The notes: generated from the sequence alone by a model not told the origin. A DNA stretch of 64,000 bases from an uncultured delta proteobacterium (GCA_963809875.1 CAWELC010000012.1:16479-80478); one strand, 5' to 3'. Shown: positions 46,579-56,139, counted from the stretch's first letter. Made by a program: numbers and translations.

Positions 46579-47088
46579 ATGGACGCCCTTGATGCCATTT
46601 TGACAAGAAGAAGTGTTCGCAAATACAAGAAAGACGCGGTGGATGAGAAGACGATAAAGGCGCTGCTGACCGCCGCCATGAGCGCGCCGTCGGCGGGGAA
46701 CCAGCAGTGCTGGCGCTTCGTGGTCGTCACGGACCGGCCGACGCTGGAGGCGCTGGCCGCCGTCCATCCCTATGCCAACCCGCTCAAGGAAGCGCCCCTG
46801 GCCATACTGGTGTGCGGCGACGTCGATACTGAGCTCCACTCCGGCTTCTGGGATCAGGACTGCGCCGCGGCCACCCAAAACCTGCTGGTGGCGGCCACCG
46901 CGCTGGGGCTGGGCTCCGTATGGCTCGGCTGCCACCCGCGGGCCGAGCGGGTCAAGGGGATCCAAAAGCTCCTGGGGATCCCCAAGACGGTCGTGCCGTT
47001 GTCCCTGGTGGCCGTGGGCCGCTCCAACGAGGTGAAGGCCAAAGAGGACCGCTACGACGAAAAGAAGGTGCATTACAACCGGTGGTGA
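46579..47088 (+). CDS. Nitroreductase family protein
   Basis: ILTRRSVRKY, MSAPSAGNQQCWRFVVV, LGLGSVWLG. Confidence 0.8.
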   Translation: MDALDAILTRRSVRKYKKDAVDEKTIKALLTAAMSAPSAGNQQCWRFVVVTDRPTLEALAAVHPYANPLKEAPLAILVCGDVDTELHSGFWDQDCAAATQNLLVAATALGLGSVWLGCHPRAERVKGIQKLLGIPKTVVPLSLVAVGRSNEVKAKEDRYDEKKVHYNRW

Positions 47089-47253
47089 GTCCTCGGCGGC
47101 ACCCGTTTGCCTCGTTGTACCGGTGACGGCAAGGCCGCGGACCATTGCGTCCGCCGGGGGGGTTGTGCGAGACCCGCGGCATAACCTCCTGCAAGCCTCG
47201 TCGGGCAATAAGCACGGGCGAAACGTGGGCCGCCTTTAGTGCGGGCGTGCGGG

Positions 47254-47904
47254 CTATTTAGTTGCGGCGATGCTCGCGGAGCTGACAGGGCTCGAGAAGA
47301 AATCTCTATTTTCCATCAACCTCCTGCCGTCCCAATCCCACCATGCGAGCTTCAGCATGGGGCCGATCAACTCCTTTTTTATTCTCAATTTGACAAACCG
47401 GGCAGGAACCCCCGCGCGCATTTCGTAGTCTCCGACCGAATGAGTCACGATGGATCCGGCTCCGATTACCGCCCCGCTGCCTATCTCGACACCGGCCAGG
47501 ATGATTACGTTATCCCCGATCCAGACGTCGTTTCCGATCTTGACGCTCCCGACTTTCGCGGGATAGCGTCTGCCCAGAAGGCTTTGCTGGAGGAGGAAGT
47601 TCATCGAGGGTAACGCGAAGTCGTGGTCACTCGTGATAACCTTTACGTCGGCCCCTATCGCGCAGTACTTGCCGATATGGATGCTGCCGTACCCCTTTGC
47701 ACAAAAATGATCGCTGATGCAGGTTCCCTTCTCGAATTCAAACGGGCAGTCAATCGTTCCCCCTTCACCGATATAGACGCCGCCCCACCGTACGGGCAGG
47801 AATCGCAAAACAAGATTCATCAGCTTAAACGTTATCCACCTGTCACCACGCATGAGCGCTCCTCTCTGTTTACGTAAGATGCGTTGAACAGGAAAAATAT
47901 ACAT
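47254..47904 (-). CDS. Hexapeptide-repeat xenobiotic acyltransferase (XAT; CatB/Vat-like)
   Basis: Left-handed beta-helix repeats (IGNDVWIGDNVIILAGVEIGSGAVIGAGSIV) and the C-terminal LKLAWWDW motif typical of the XAT class. Start uncertain (47904 or 47853). Confidence 0.6.
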   Translation of the reverse strand: MYIFPVQRILRKQRGALMRGDRWITFKLMNLVLRFLPVRWGGVYIGEGGTIDCPFEFEKGTCISDHFCAKGYGSIHIGKYCAIGADVKVITSDHDFALPSMNFLLQQSLLGRRYPAKVGSVKIGNDVWIGDNVIILAGVEIGSGAVIGAGSIVTHSVGDYEMRAGVPARFVKLRIKKELIGPMLKLAWWDWDGRRLMENRDFFSSPVSSASIAATK

Positions 47905-47972
47905 TGTTGCAGCATGCGTGTCAACATCCCTGATCAGTGATGCGTTCTCTCATCGCCCGACGCTATTTTCTC

Positions 47973-48001
47973 TTGACAATCAATCAATCGTTTGATAGAT
48001 T
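47973..48001 (+). promoter_or_regulatory. Sigma70-like promoter P1 upstream of the LolA-like gene
   Basis: TTGACA, 17-nt spacer, TAGATT. Confidence 0.4.
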
Positions 48002-48024
48002 TATCGAGTACGGGAACTTTGGCT

Positions 48025-48052
48025 TTGACATTTAAAGACGCTGTGATACTAT
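48025..48052 (+). promoter_or_regulatory. Sigma70-like promoter P2 upstream of the LolA-like gene
   Basis: TTGACA, 16-nt spacer, TACTAT. SD aaggagag precedes the ATG at 48075. Confidence 0.4.
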
Positions 48053-48074
48053 ATCTCAAAGGAGAGGGAGCACG

Positions 48075-48860
48075 ATGAAAATGAAATCGTCGATCGTACC
48101 GGCCGCAGGAGTGCTTATCGCTTTCTTGATTGCGCTACCCGCGGCATCGCTGGCCCTTACCGGCACCGAGATCATGACCAAGGTCCACGACCGCGACAAC
48201 GGGAAATCGTCCATCATAGAGAGCAGGATGCTTCTGTTCAACGATAAGGGACAGAGCAAAGAGCGGGTCGTGAGGGCCGTCCGTAAGGAATACGGGGACC
48301 TCAGCAAGTCGCTGATCCGCTTCCTGTCTCCGGCAGACGTGAAAGGGACCGGGTTTCTGATCTGGGAAAACGCAAATCGGGACGACGACCAGTTCCTCTA
48401 TCTGCCCGCCCTCAAGCAGGAACCACGCCGGATCGCGTCCTCGGAAAAGAGCTCACGCTTCATGGGAACGGAGTTCACCTACGAAGACCTCGAAAACCGC
48501 AAGGTCGACAAAGACAATCACAAGCTGTTGAGGGAAGAGAAGCTCGACGGCAAGCAGGTCTACGTCGTGGAGAGCGTCCCCATAAAGGGCTCGGACTCGC
48601 AGTACGGAAAGCTCATCTCCTGGGTGCGCCCGGACGTCTGGATTCCGGTCAAGATCGAGTTTTACGATAAGAACGGCGCGCTCCTCAAGGTCCTGACCGT
48701 CAAGAAGCTCGAACAGGTCCAGGGTATCTGGACCACCAGTGACAGCGTCATGGACAACGTCCAGGACAAGAAGAAGACCGAGCTTTTCCTGGACAAGGTG
48801 CAGTATAACGCCGACATCCCCGATGAATATTTCACCGAGCGCTACCTCAAGAGGGACTAG
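48075..48860 (+). CDS. Outer-membrane lipoprotein-sorting (LolA-like) family protein
   Basis: Signal peptide. FLSPADVKGTGFLIWEN..DDQFLYLPALKQEPRRIASSEKSSRFMGTEFTYEDL matches the LolA-like pattern. Confidence 0.7.
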   Translation: MKMKSSIVPAAGVLIAFLIALPAASLALTGTEIMTKVHDRDNGKSSIIESRMLLFNDKGQSKERVVRAVRKEYGDLSKSLIRFLSPADVKGTGFLIWENANRDDDQFLYLPALKQEPRRIASSEKSSRFMGTEFTYEDLENRKVDKDNHKLLREEKLDGKQVYVVESVPIKGSDSQYGKLISWVRPDVWIPVKIEFYDKNGALLKVLTVKKLEQVQGIWTTSDSVMDNVQDKKKTELFLDKVQYNADIPDEYFTERYLKRD

Positions 48861-48861
48861 G

Positions 48862-50646
48862 GTGAGAGGGACGTTCAGGCGGATACGAAAGACCGGCATG
48901 CGATGGGTGCCGGTCTTTTTTTTCATCGGGCTCCTCGCTTCCCGCCGGGGCCACGGCGGGAGACGACGCGACCGGCAAGGCGACCGATCCCTTTTGGGCG
49001 CCCGTTCACTACGATGAGTCCCGGGCCGAAATTAACGAGATCAGGGCAGGTTTCGAGAAGGTCTCGGCCGATATCGACCGCCGGATCGAGGAGGTCAGGC
49101 GGCGCATCATCGACGCGGGGAGCCCCGCCCTCCGGGAAGAGCTCCTGGGCGAGCTCTCCGATCTCGAGCGGCGGCGCAGCGACGCGCTGTCGGGCGCGCT
49201 CACGGCGGTCGGCGACGTGAGGGTCGCCGATACGGTCAGGCACGTCGCCGAGACGATCGCCGCCCCGCCGCCCGCCTACCTCGCGCCCGACCGGCTTTTG
49301 GCCGGCCGGCTCCGTCTCCGACCTCTTCGGGCCCGAGGTCGATCTGGCGGGGTACCTCAAGATCCGGCTGGCCGGAGATATCTCGATCGACAATAAATTT
49401 GAGAACCTTTTCGAGGCCGAGCCCAAGGTCTTCCTTTCCCTCAAGTATCCCGTCAACGACCGGCTCCTCGTCTTCATCTCCACCTACGCGAAGTACGACT
49501 ACGCCACCGGCGGCAGCAGTCGCTATGATCACGATATCGTCCTCTTCGAGGCCTACCTCGACGTCTTTTTCGACAAGCTCGACCTGAGGGTCGGAAACCA
49601 GATCATCTCGTGGGGGAGGGCCGACGTCATCAATCCGACGGACGTCATCAACCCCCTGGACCTCACCAATATCCTCACGGGGGACGTCGGCGAGAAGAAG
49701 GTCCCGAGCGTCGCCGTGAAGCTCGACTACTACGCACGGCAACACGACCGTGGAGCTGGTGGCGCTGCCTTTCTTCCAGGAGTACAAATACGACCTGGTC
49801 GGCTCGGACTGGGCGATCTTTCACTACGGCCTCTTTACGGACTTCGTCGGGGGGGCCTTCCCCTGGTCGGAGTTCCTGGACGACGAATCACAAAAGCTGA
49901 TCAACCGGGCGGGCATCGCATTTTCATTGCCCAATAAACCCACCTACAGCCCGGAGAACATCCAGGGCGGTGCGCGGATCTCGTCGACATACCGGGGGTG
50001 GGATTTTTCCTTTTCGTACCTCAACGTCTATGACCGTCTGCCGACCGTCACGGTATCGGACGCCCTGAGAAACGCTATCCTGACCAACAATGTTCCCGCC
50101 TACCTGGCGGGCCTCACACCGGCGGAGTTGGAAAGGATCGTATCGCTGGACTATCATCGGTACCACATGGTCGGGTTTGATTTCGCCACGACCTGGGGCA
50201 GCTGGGGGATCCGGGGAGAGGCGGGGATCTTCCTCGACCGGTTTACCTACACCAAGACTCTGGACGCGACGAAAAACAACTATATCTTCTATGTCCTGGG
50301 AGTCGACCGGCTCTTTAAGGGCGACTTCTACGTCAACGCCCAGTTCATCCAGAAGATCATCTTCGACTACGGCCATGACTTGATCGAGGACGAGTTCCAG
50401 AACGGCGTGAGCCTCTACGCCTATAAGGAGTTCGAGCTCTTCGGGAAGAAGATCATCCCCGAGGTCAGGGCCATCTACGAGATCAACGGCGACGACTTCT
50501 TCATCATGCCGAAGGTCACTTATAAATGGTCGGATGCCCTTGAATTTTCCCTGGGGTTGAATATATTCGAGGGAGAGCGCGACACGATCTTCGGTTATTT
50601 TTCTGATAACGATCAGGCCTTTTTTGAGGTAAAATATATATTCTAG
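48862..50646 (+). pseudogene. Secreted outer-membrane barrel protein (DUF1302-like ISWGRADxINPxD motif) split across four frames (three +1 breaks); may be one or two genes
   Basis: Signal peptide (MRWVPVFFFIGLLAS) in frame 1. Coiled-coil-like DESRAEINEIRAGFEKVSADIDRRIEEVRRR.. in frame 2. DLFGPEVDLAGYLKIRLAGD..LRVGNQIISWGRADVINPTDVINPLD in frame 0. Barrel C-terminus (ORF 49750..50646, ends ..AFFEVKYIF) in frame 1. Breaks at ~48945, ~49260-49310 and ~49730-49745. Confidence 0.55.
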
Positions 50647-50815
50647 GGCAGGTGAACGAGCGCCGAAGGTTTCATTTTTCGCCCGTAGGAGTTCGTCAGT
50701 ATAAACCCATTTCCTCAAACCCGTTTCCTCGGACGGAGTCCCTACGAAGCCTTCTTTGAGGGCAGACGGAGGACTCCGCGAGAACGATTCTTCGCAGGAT
50801 GATACAGGAAAGAGT

Positions 50816-51547
50816 ATGAAAACCGACCTTAATCTGCTCGTGGCGTTCTGGGGGGGGATCATCAGCTTTGCCTCCCCGTGCGTGCTGCCGCTCCTTCCCA
50901 GCTACCTGACCTTCATCACCGGCATCTCGTTTGAGGATCTCAAGGGCGACGACCGGGCGAGGATCAGGAAGGCCACCGTGCTCCACTCCCTGGCGTTCAT
51001 CGCGGGGTTTACCGTCGTCTTCGTGGCGATGGGGGCGCTTTTCGGGCTCCTCGGCGAAACGCTCTTTGATTTCCGGGATACCGTGAGGCGCATCGGCGCG
51101 GTCCTCATTATCCTCTTTGGGGTCTACATCACGGGCCTGGTGCGCATCCCCTTTCTGGACCTGGAAAAGAAAGTGCACCTGAGGGACAAGCCCGCGGGAT
51201 ACTTCGGCTCGGCCTTCGTCGGGATCACCTTTGCGGCCGGCTGGTCGCCGTGCCTGGGGCCCATCGTCGGCTCGATCCTGGGCCTTGCGATGATCGGCTC
51301 CTCGATGAACGCCGGATACGGGATACTGCTCCTCTTTATCTATTCGCTCGGGCTGGGGCTCCCCTTCCTGATCTCGTCGCTCGCGTTCAACACGTTCCTC
51401 TCCTTCTTCAACCGGTTCAAGCGCTTCATCCCGGTGGTCAACGTCGTGTCGGGCCTGATCCTCGTGGCAATCGGCGTCTTCCTGTTGTTCACCGATTTCG
51501 ATACCATTATGAACCTCCTTTACAGGTTGGGATTTGGATATGACTAG
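50816..51547 (+). CDS. ccdA: Cytochrome c biogenesis / thiol-disulfide transporter CcdA (DsbD transmembrane family)
   Basis: GGIISFASPCVLPLLPSYL, AAGWSPCLGPIVGSIL. ATG at 50816 (MKTDLNLL). Confidence 0.8.
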   Translation: MKTDLNLLVAFWGGIISFASPCVLPLLPSYLTFITGISFEDLKGDDRARIRKATVLHSLAFIAGFTVVFVAMGALFGLLGETLFDFRDTVRRIGAVLIILFGVYITGLVRIPFLDLEKKVHLRDKPAGYFGSAFVGITFAAGWSPCLGPIVGSILGLAMIGSSMNAGYGILLLFIYSLGLGLPFLISSLAFNTFLSFFNRFKRFIPVVNVVSGLILVAIGVFLLFTDFDTIMNLLYRLGFGYD

Positions 51548-51956
51548 GCAACCGCGCAAAAAAGCGCCTGAAGCCCCGCCGGCCCCGTCGGAGTCGCCCG
51601 GCATCACCAACGACCAGAAGAACCTCGCCTTCATCTGCCACCTGTCGGGACTCTTCTGGTTTATCGTACCGGGGCTCAATATTATCGTCCCGCTCCTGGT
51701 CATGCTGATCAAGGGGGGCGAGGACCCCTTCGTCTCCCACCACAGCCGGCAGGCCCTGATCTTTCAGGTGATCATGTCGGTGGCGATGATGGTGCTTTTG
51801 ATCATCGGCGTCGTGCTCATGATCATCCTGGTGGGGTTTCTCTTTCTCGCGGCCCTGTTGGTCGTGGCGATCGTGGATATCATCTTTGTCCTGATCGCGA
51901 CGTTTGCCGCGGCCCGGGGGGAGTGGTACAGCTATCCGCTGATGGGAAGGGTGTAA
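51540..51956 (+). CDS. DUF4870-like small membrane protein
   Basis: FICHLSGLFWFIVPGLNIIVPLLVMLIKGGEDPFVSHHSRQALIFQ. Overlaps the ccdA stop. Confidence 0.65.
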   Translation: MTRQPRKKAPEAPPAPSESPGITNDQKNLAFICHLSGLFWFIVPGLNIIVPLLVMLIKGGEDPFVSHHSRQALIFQVIMSVAMMVLLIIGVVLMIILVGFLFLAALLVVAIVDIIFVLIATFAAARGEWYSYPLMGRV

Positions 51957-51958
51957 AT

Positions 51959-52723
51959 ACCACCCCATGAAATCTTCGATTTCATGGGGGCCCCGGTGGG
52001 AAAGAGAAGGAGAGGGGATTGTGTCTTGGGCGATGGGTGGCACTGACAAGCGAAGCTTGTCAGTGTTTCTTCTTGACGCGGGCACCCTCCGGCTTGGCCG
52101 TGGGACGCGGAGGGGGCCGGTGGGGGGGGGAGGGTTAGTAGAAGAAGGAACCCGATTTCTACCCGTAGGGGCGGCATATATGCCGCCCGCAGAGCCACCG
52201 TCATTGCGAGGGCCCGGAGGGCCCGTGGCAATCCCTTGCTGTCACCGCTTAACGACGGGGTTAAGGCTTGCCCCTTGAGTCGCACCGAAAAGAGAGGAGG
52301 TTCTTCTATACACCAAATTAAGTTTACTAAGTTCGAGACTCTGCAAACTTACCTTAGCGAATAGCACCATCCGCGCAACAACCACCCTCCCAAGCTGAGA
52401 TTGCTTCGTCGCAACTGCTCCTCGCAATGACGGGGGGGGGTTACGGAGGTGCACTCTCGATGACGGGTTCTAATGAAAGGGCGGCATGAATGCCGCCCCT
52501 ACGGGCGAGAAACGGTCTTACCTCAATAGTCAGGGGATAGAACATCACCCCACGAAGCAGGCTTCGCGGGGGCCTCGTCGGAGAGAGCCGCGAACGAGGT
52601 TCCAGGTGACAGTCAGGGGATTGCCACGGGGTCTTCGACCCCTCGCAATGACGGTGGAGTGGGGGTCCGGCTCCTCTCTCTCCCACCCGGGCCCCCATGA
52701 AAGCGCAGTTTTCATGGGGTGGT
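51959..52723. repeat. 765-bp mosaic of nested palindromic repeat units bounded by ~50-bp terminal inverted repeats; fills the whole gap between two convergent stop codons
   Basis: Left end accaccccatgaaatcttcgatttcatgggggccccggtgggaaagagaaggagagg. The reverse complement of the right end is accaccccatgaaaactgcgctttcatgggggcccgggtgggagagagaggagcc. Internal inverted copies of cccgtaggggcggcatNNatgccgccc (52162/52478) and ccaccgtcattgcgaggg..cccgtggcaatccc.tg.ctgtcacc (52196 / reverse complement of 52660). Two G9 tracts. Confidence 0.8.
52041..52074 (+). terminator. Rho-independent terminator embedded in the repeat mosaic
   Basis: cactgacaagc-gaa-gcttgtcagtg perfect 11-bp stem followed by TTTCTTCTT. 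Confidence 0.6.
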
Positions 52724-53311
52724 CTACAATTTCCCCTTCGTCGACAGGACCCCTTTGATCCGCGGGTCGACCTTGACGGCGTCGGAAAGCGACCGGGCGA
52801 AGGCCTTGAAGCAGGCCTCGGCCATGTGGTGGGCGTTCTTACCGTGGTGAATGACGATGTGGACGTTGGCGCGGGCGTGCACGGAAAAGGATTTGAAGAA
52901 CTCCTCGAAAAGCTCCAGGTCAAACTCCCCGACCTTGTCCGACCCGAACTCGACCTCATAGACGAGGAAAGGCCTGCCCGAGAGATCGACCACCGCGGTG
53001 GCCAGCGCCTCATCCATCGGCACCGTGGAGGTGCCGTAGCGCTTGATGCCCGCCTTGTCGCCCAGGGCCTTGTCCACCGCGTCGCCCAGGCAGATGCCGA
53101 TGTCCTCCACCGTGTGGTGGAGGTCGATCTCGCTGTCGCCCGCGGCCTGCAGTGTCAGGTCAAAGAGCCCGTGCCTGGCAAAGAGCTCCAGCATATGGTT
53201 CAGGAAGGGCGCGGGGCTGGACACCCGGTACTTTCCCTCGCCGTCCAGGTCGATGGCGAGCGTGATGTCGGTCTCGGCGGTCTTTCGCGTTACCTCTGCC
53301 TTTCTGGTCAT
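52724..53311 (-). CDS. hisB: Imidazoleglycerol-phosphate dehydratase
   Basis: [57 protein letters not shown] at 53311 (MTRKAEV). Confidence 0.92.
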   Translation of the reverse strand: MTRKAEVTRKTAETDITLAIDLDGEGKYRVSSPAPFLNHMLELFARHGLFDLTLQAAGDSEIDLHHTVEDIGICLGDAVDKALGDKAGIKRYGTSTVPMDEALATAVVDLSGRPFLVYEVEFGSDKVGEFDLELFEEFFKSFSVHARANVHIVIHHGKNAHHMAEACFKAFARSLSDAVKVDPRIKGVLSTKGKL

Positions 53312-53596
53312 GGTATCCTCGTCTTTAGGGGACCAAATACTCCCTCCCTTCCGGCCAAACAGCGGACAGGAAATAACGCCGGTCATCCGAGGGAAGTCTG
53401 CCTCCTTCTTATATTTCTTTTCGAACAACTCTGTCAAGTCAAATACGATTCAACGCGATGTGAAGAACCGGATGTTAATATTATATAAAAATTTTTATTG
53501 AGAATACGTTTTTCTTTGTCTGTAATCTCTATTTCGTATTATGATGTCTCCCGGCCATTCATTTCAGATTCTTTCGCCACGCTCCCGGAGGATCAT

Positions 53597-54223
53597 ATGC
53601 TTGACGAACGCAAGATACCCAATTCGCTCATATATGTCTCCCTCCTTACCATCGAGGATCTCGTGGGGATCAACGGGCTCAAGTCCATCCTGAACATCAC
53701 CGGCTTGTCCAAGTTCACCGGCAACTACCCTCCCAACAACTCGGGTATTCAGTCCAATGCCGTCGACTTCTCGGCCCTCGTCAAGGGGATGATCGACGTG
53801 ATCGGGATTGCCGGAGCCAAGGCGATCATGAGGAGCGCGGGAAGGCGCGGTTTCCAGTTCGTCGTGGAGAAGAGCCCGGAGCTTTTCGGCCTGGTGGGCA
53901 TGGAGCTGAAAAAACTGGGCAGCGATGACGAGCGGATCATGGCCATCCAGGGAGCCATCAGCTACGAGACCAATAAGATATTCGGCGACGGGCACCAGGA
54001 GTTCAGAAAGACCGGTGATGGATACGAGATCAGGATCAACCGGTGCAGCTGGTGCCACACCATCAAGGGGACCGAAAGGCCCGTCTGTTTCGGGGAGGAG
54101 GGATTTGACGACGAAGCACTATTCTGGGCGACGGGAAAGCGCTATCGGGTGGTGGAGACCGAATGCCGCGCGATGGGCGCGGCCGCGTGTGTCTTCAAGA
54201 TCTCGGGAACGCCGATTGAATAG
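53597..54223 (+). CDS. V4R (4-vinyl reductase-like) domain protein
   Basis: C-terminal CSWCHTIKG..PVCFGEEGF..ETECRAMGAAACVF Cys pattern typical of V4R small-molecule-binding domains. The ATG at 53597 is preferred. Confidence 0.45.
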   Translation: MLDERKIPNSLIYVSLLTIEDLVGINGLKSILNITGLSKFTGNYPPNNSGIQSNAVDFSALVKGMIDVIGIAGAKAIMRSAGRRGFQFVVEKSPELFGLVGMELKKLGSDDERIMAIQGAISYETNKIFGDGHQEFRKTGDGYEIRINRCSWCHTIKGTERPVCFGEEGFDDEALFWATGKRYRVVETECRAMGAAACVFKISGTPIE

Positions 54224-54355
54224 GGAGGCGGCACTTGGGGACCCACCCGCGGGGCGACCCGAGTGAAGAAGGGCTTGACTGCGCGTCCGAACGGCCTATA
54301 ATGAGACTCGTCCCGACGTGGATCGGGTGACACTCAACAAGAACGGGGTACGCCG

Positions 54356-55241
54356 ATGACGAAGATCAACTACGAGACCTGCACCGACTGCGGGCTCTGC
54401 GCGCGGGTCTGCGGGGCGAGGATCATCCGGGAGACCGACGGAAGATATGAGATCCATTCCTATGAGGACTGGGACTGCTTTGGGTGCGGCAACTGCATGG
54501 CGGTCTGTCCATCCCGATCGATCACGGCCGAAGGCCTGAGCTACGACATGTTTGCGCCCGTGCCCAAGGGCGCGGTCGCGTTTGACCCATTCTACGCCTC
54601 GCTTCTCTCCCGGCGATCCGTCCGAAATTATAAGAAAGACGCCCGTACCGAAGGACATGATCCAGTCCATCGTCCGGGCGGCGGCCACGGCTCCCATGGG
54701 GGTGCCGCCCACGGACGTGGAAATCCTGGTGATGGATCGGCGGACGGATATCGAGGAGCTCCTGGTAGAGGTGAGGAAAGACTATCGCGGGTTTCTCTTC
54801 ATCATGGGAAACCCGGTCACGAGGGGCATCATGCGGCTCGTGCAGGGCGGGCCATTGTACCACGCCCTGAGAAGTCACGTGGTCCCGGCGGCCCGCCACG
54901 CGCTGGAGGAAGCCGAGAAGGATCGGGAGTATTTCAGCTACGAGGCCCCCGTCCTGATTATCTTTCACGGCGACAAATACAAGGTCGCCATCGATCAGGA
55001 CTGCACCATCGCCGCGTCGTACGCGTCGATCGCCGCCCATACCCTTGGCCTGGGGGCCTGCTTTTCGGGGCTGATCCCGCCGATCGTCGAGCGGAGCGCC
55101 GCGCTCAGAAAGCGACTGGCCATCCCACCCGATAACCGGGTCTGTGCCTGCCTGATGCTCGGTTATCCCTCGGTGAAGTTCAAGCGGGCTATCCCTCGGT
55201 CATTCAAGAACGTGCGTTTTTCGTCAGAGCTCCCGGCGTAG
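54356..55241 (+). pseudogene. 4Fe-4S ferredoxin-domain / nitroreductase fusion protein, one +1 frame break as assembled
   Basis: CTDCGLCARVC and CFGCGNCMAVCP, then LLSRRSVRNYKKD in the first frame. From ~54636-54642 the conserved VPKDMIQSIVRAAATAPMG... nitroreductase body is in the +1 frame (ORF 54552..55241). Confidence 0.75.
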
Positions 55242-55245
55242 GGCC

Positions 55246-56058
55246 CTATTTCCGAAATTGGCGCGCGGCGGCCAGGCCGATATCCGGAAAGTCGGTGAAT
55301 ATCCCGTCGGCGCCCAGACGAAAGAGCCTCAGCATCTCGTCTTTGTCATTTATCGTCCACACGTGCACCTGAACTCCCAGCCGCTTTGCCGCCGCCATGA
55401 ACCTCCCGTTGACCACCCTGATACCCTGGGCGGACGCGGGGACCTGGAGGGCCTCAAAGGGGACGGCACGGGGGCAGCGCGAACAGAGGGCCGATTTGAT
55501 GAGAAAGGAGAGCACCTCCTTTCGGCACGCACTCGTGGGGATGGACGGCGCCTCGCTGCGGATGAACGGGCCCGCGTCCGGCTGCTCGGAGGCCAGCAGC
55601 ACCCGATCCTCGGCCTTATATTTTTTGAGCATCGCCAGGACGAGCCGGGCCGTTGCGGGCGTCCCGTCTTTGACCTCGATGTTGGCGCGGCGATCCTTGA
55701 ACTTCTTCAAGAACTCTTCGAGGGTGGCCACCCGAAACCCCTTACCCCGAAATGGGTGACTCTTTCCGCCGTCGGGGCTGAAAGTCGCGCCGGCGTCGAC
55801 GGCCATGAGCTCTTTGAAGGTCAGCTCCTTGATCGCCCGCGCGTCTCCCGCGGTGCGTCCCAGGTGGGGGTCGTGGGCCAGGACCAGGACGCCGTCGGCA
55901 CTGATCTGCACGTCCGTCTCCAGATAGGTCGCCCCCATCCTCACGGCCTCTTCGAACGCCTCAATGGTGTTCTCGGGCGTCGTCCCGCTGGCCCCCCGGT
56001 GGGCGAAAACGATGGGGGGCTTCGTGTCGAAAAAGGCCTTGATCTGTGTGGGGTTCAT
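55246..56058 (-). CDS. Glycerophosphodiester phosphodiesterase family protein
   Basis: IVFAHRGASGTTPENTIEAFEEAV, YLETDVQISADGVLVLAHD. Confidence 0.85.
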   Translation of the reverse strand: MNPTQIKAFFDTKPPIVFAHRGASGTTPENTIEAFEEAVRMGATYLETDVQISADGVLVLAHDPHLGRTAGDARAIKELTFKELMAVDAGATFSPDGGKSHPFRGKGFRVATLEEFLKKFKDRRANIEVKDGTPATARLVLAMLKKYKAEDRVLLASEQPDAGPFIRSEAPSIPTSACRKEVLSFLIKSALCSRCPRAVPFEALQVPASAQGIRVVNGRFMAAAKRLGVQVHVWTINDKDEMLRLFRLGADGIFTDFPDIGLAAARQFRK

Positions 56059-56139
56059 ACGACTATTCCTTTTAATATGTTAGACCGTCGGTATAGATGG
56101 TCTCAAGGGGGTCCAAGCGCGCGCCCGTATAACCCACGA

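Noticed and set aside
43060-47904. The cluster DUF3795 / ADC-like / TPR / FabK-like / nitroreductase / XAT acetyltransferase as a biosynthetic or resistance island.
   Set aside because: Gene orientations are mixed with separate intergenic regions. There are no core biosynthetic enzymes, transporters or regulators, and I saw no compositional break. It looks like a miscellaneous set of small redox and detoxification genes.
52692-52720. CCCCAT-containing hairpins of the repeat family as sigma-32 (-10 CCCCAT) promoters.
   Set aside because: There is no matching CTTGAA -35 box at the correct spacing. The motif is part of a palindrome located 3' of genes.
51959-52723. Possible CRISPR array, or tRNA/ncRNA gene cluster, in the repeat-rich gap.
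   Set aside because: The repeats are inverted and nested, not direct with regular spacers. No cas genes are present and I could not draw a cloverleaf. A structured RNA in the unique core cannot be excluded, but it is not supported.
51932-53013. ORFs inside or overlapping the repeat mosaic: 51967..52278(+), 51932..52285(-), 52242..52454(-), 52486..52758(+), 52441..53013(-).
   Set aside because: They are built from palindromic repeat units (e.g. ..PSLRGAVATKQSQ..). They have no SD or plausible start context, and both strands are equally 'coding'. I treat them as non-coding repeats.
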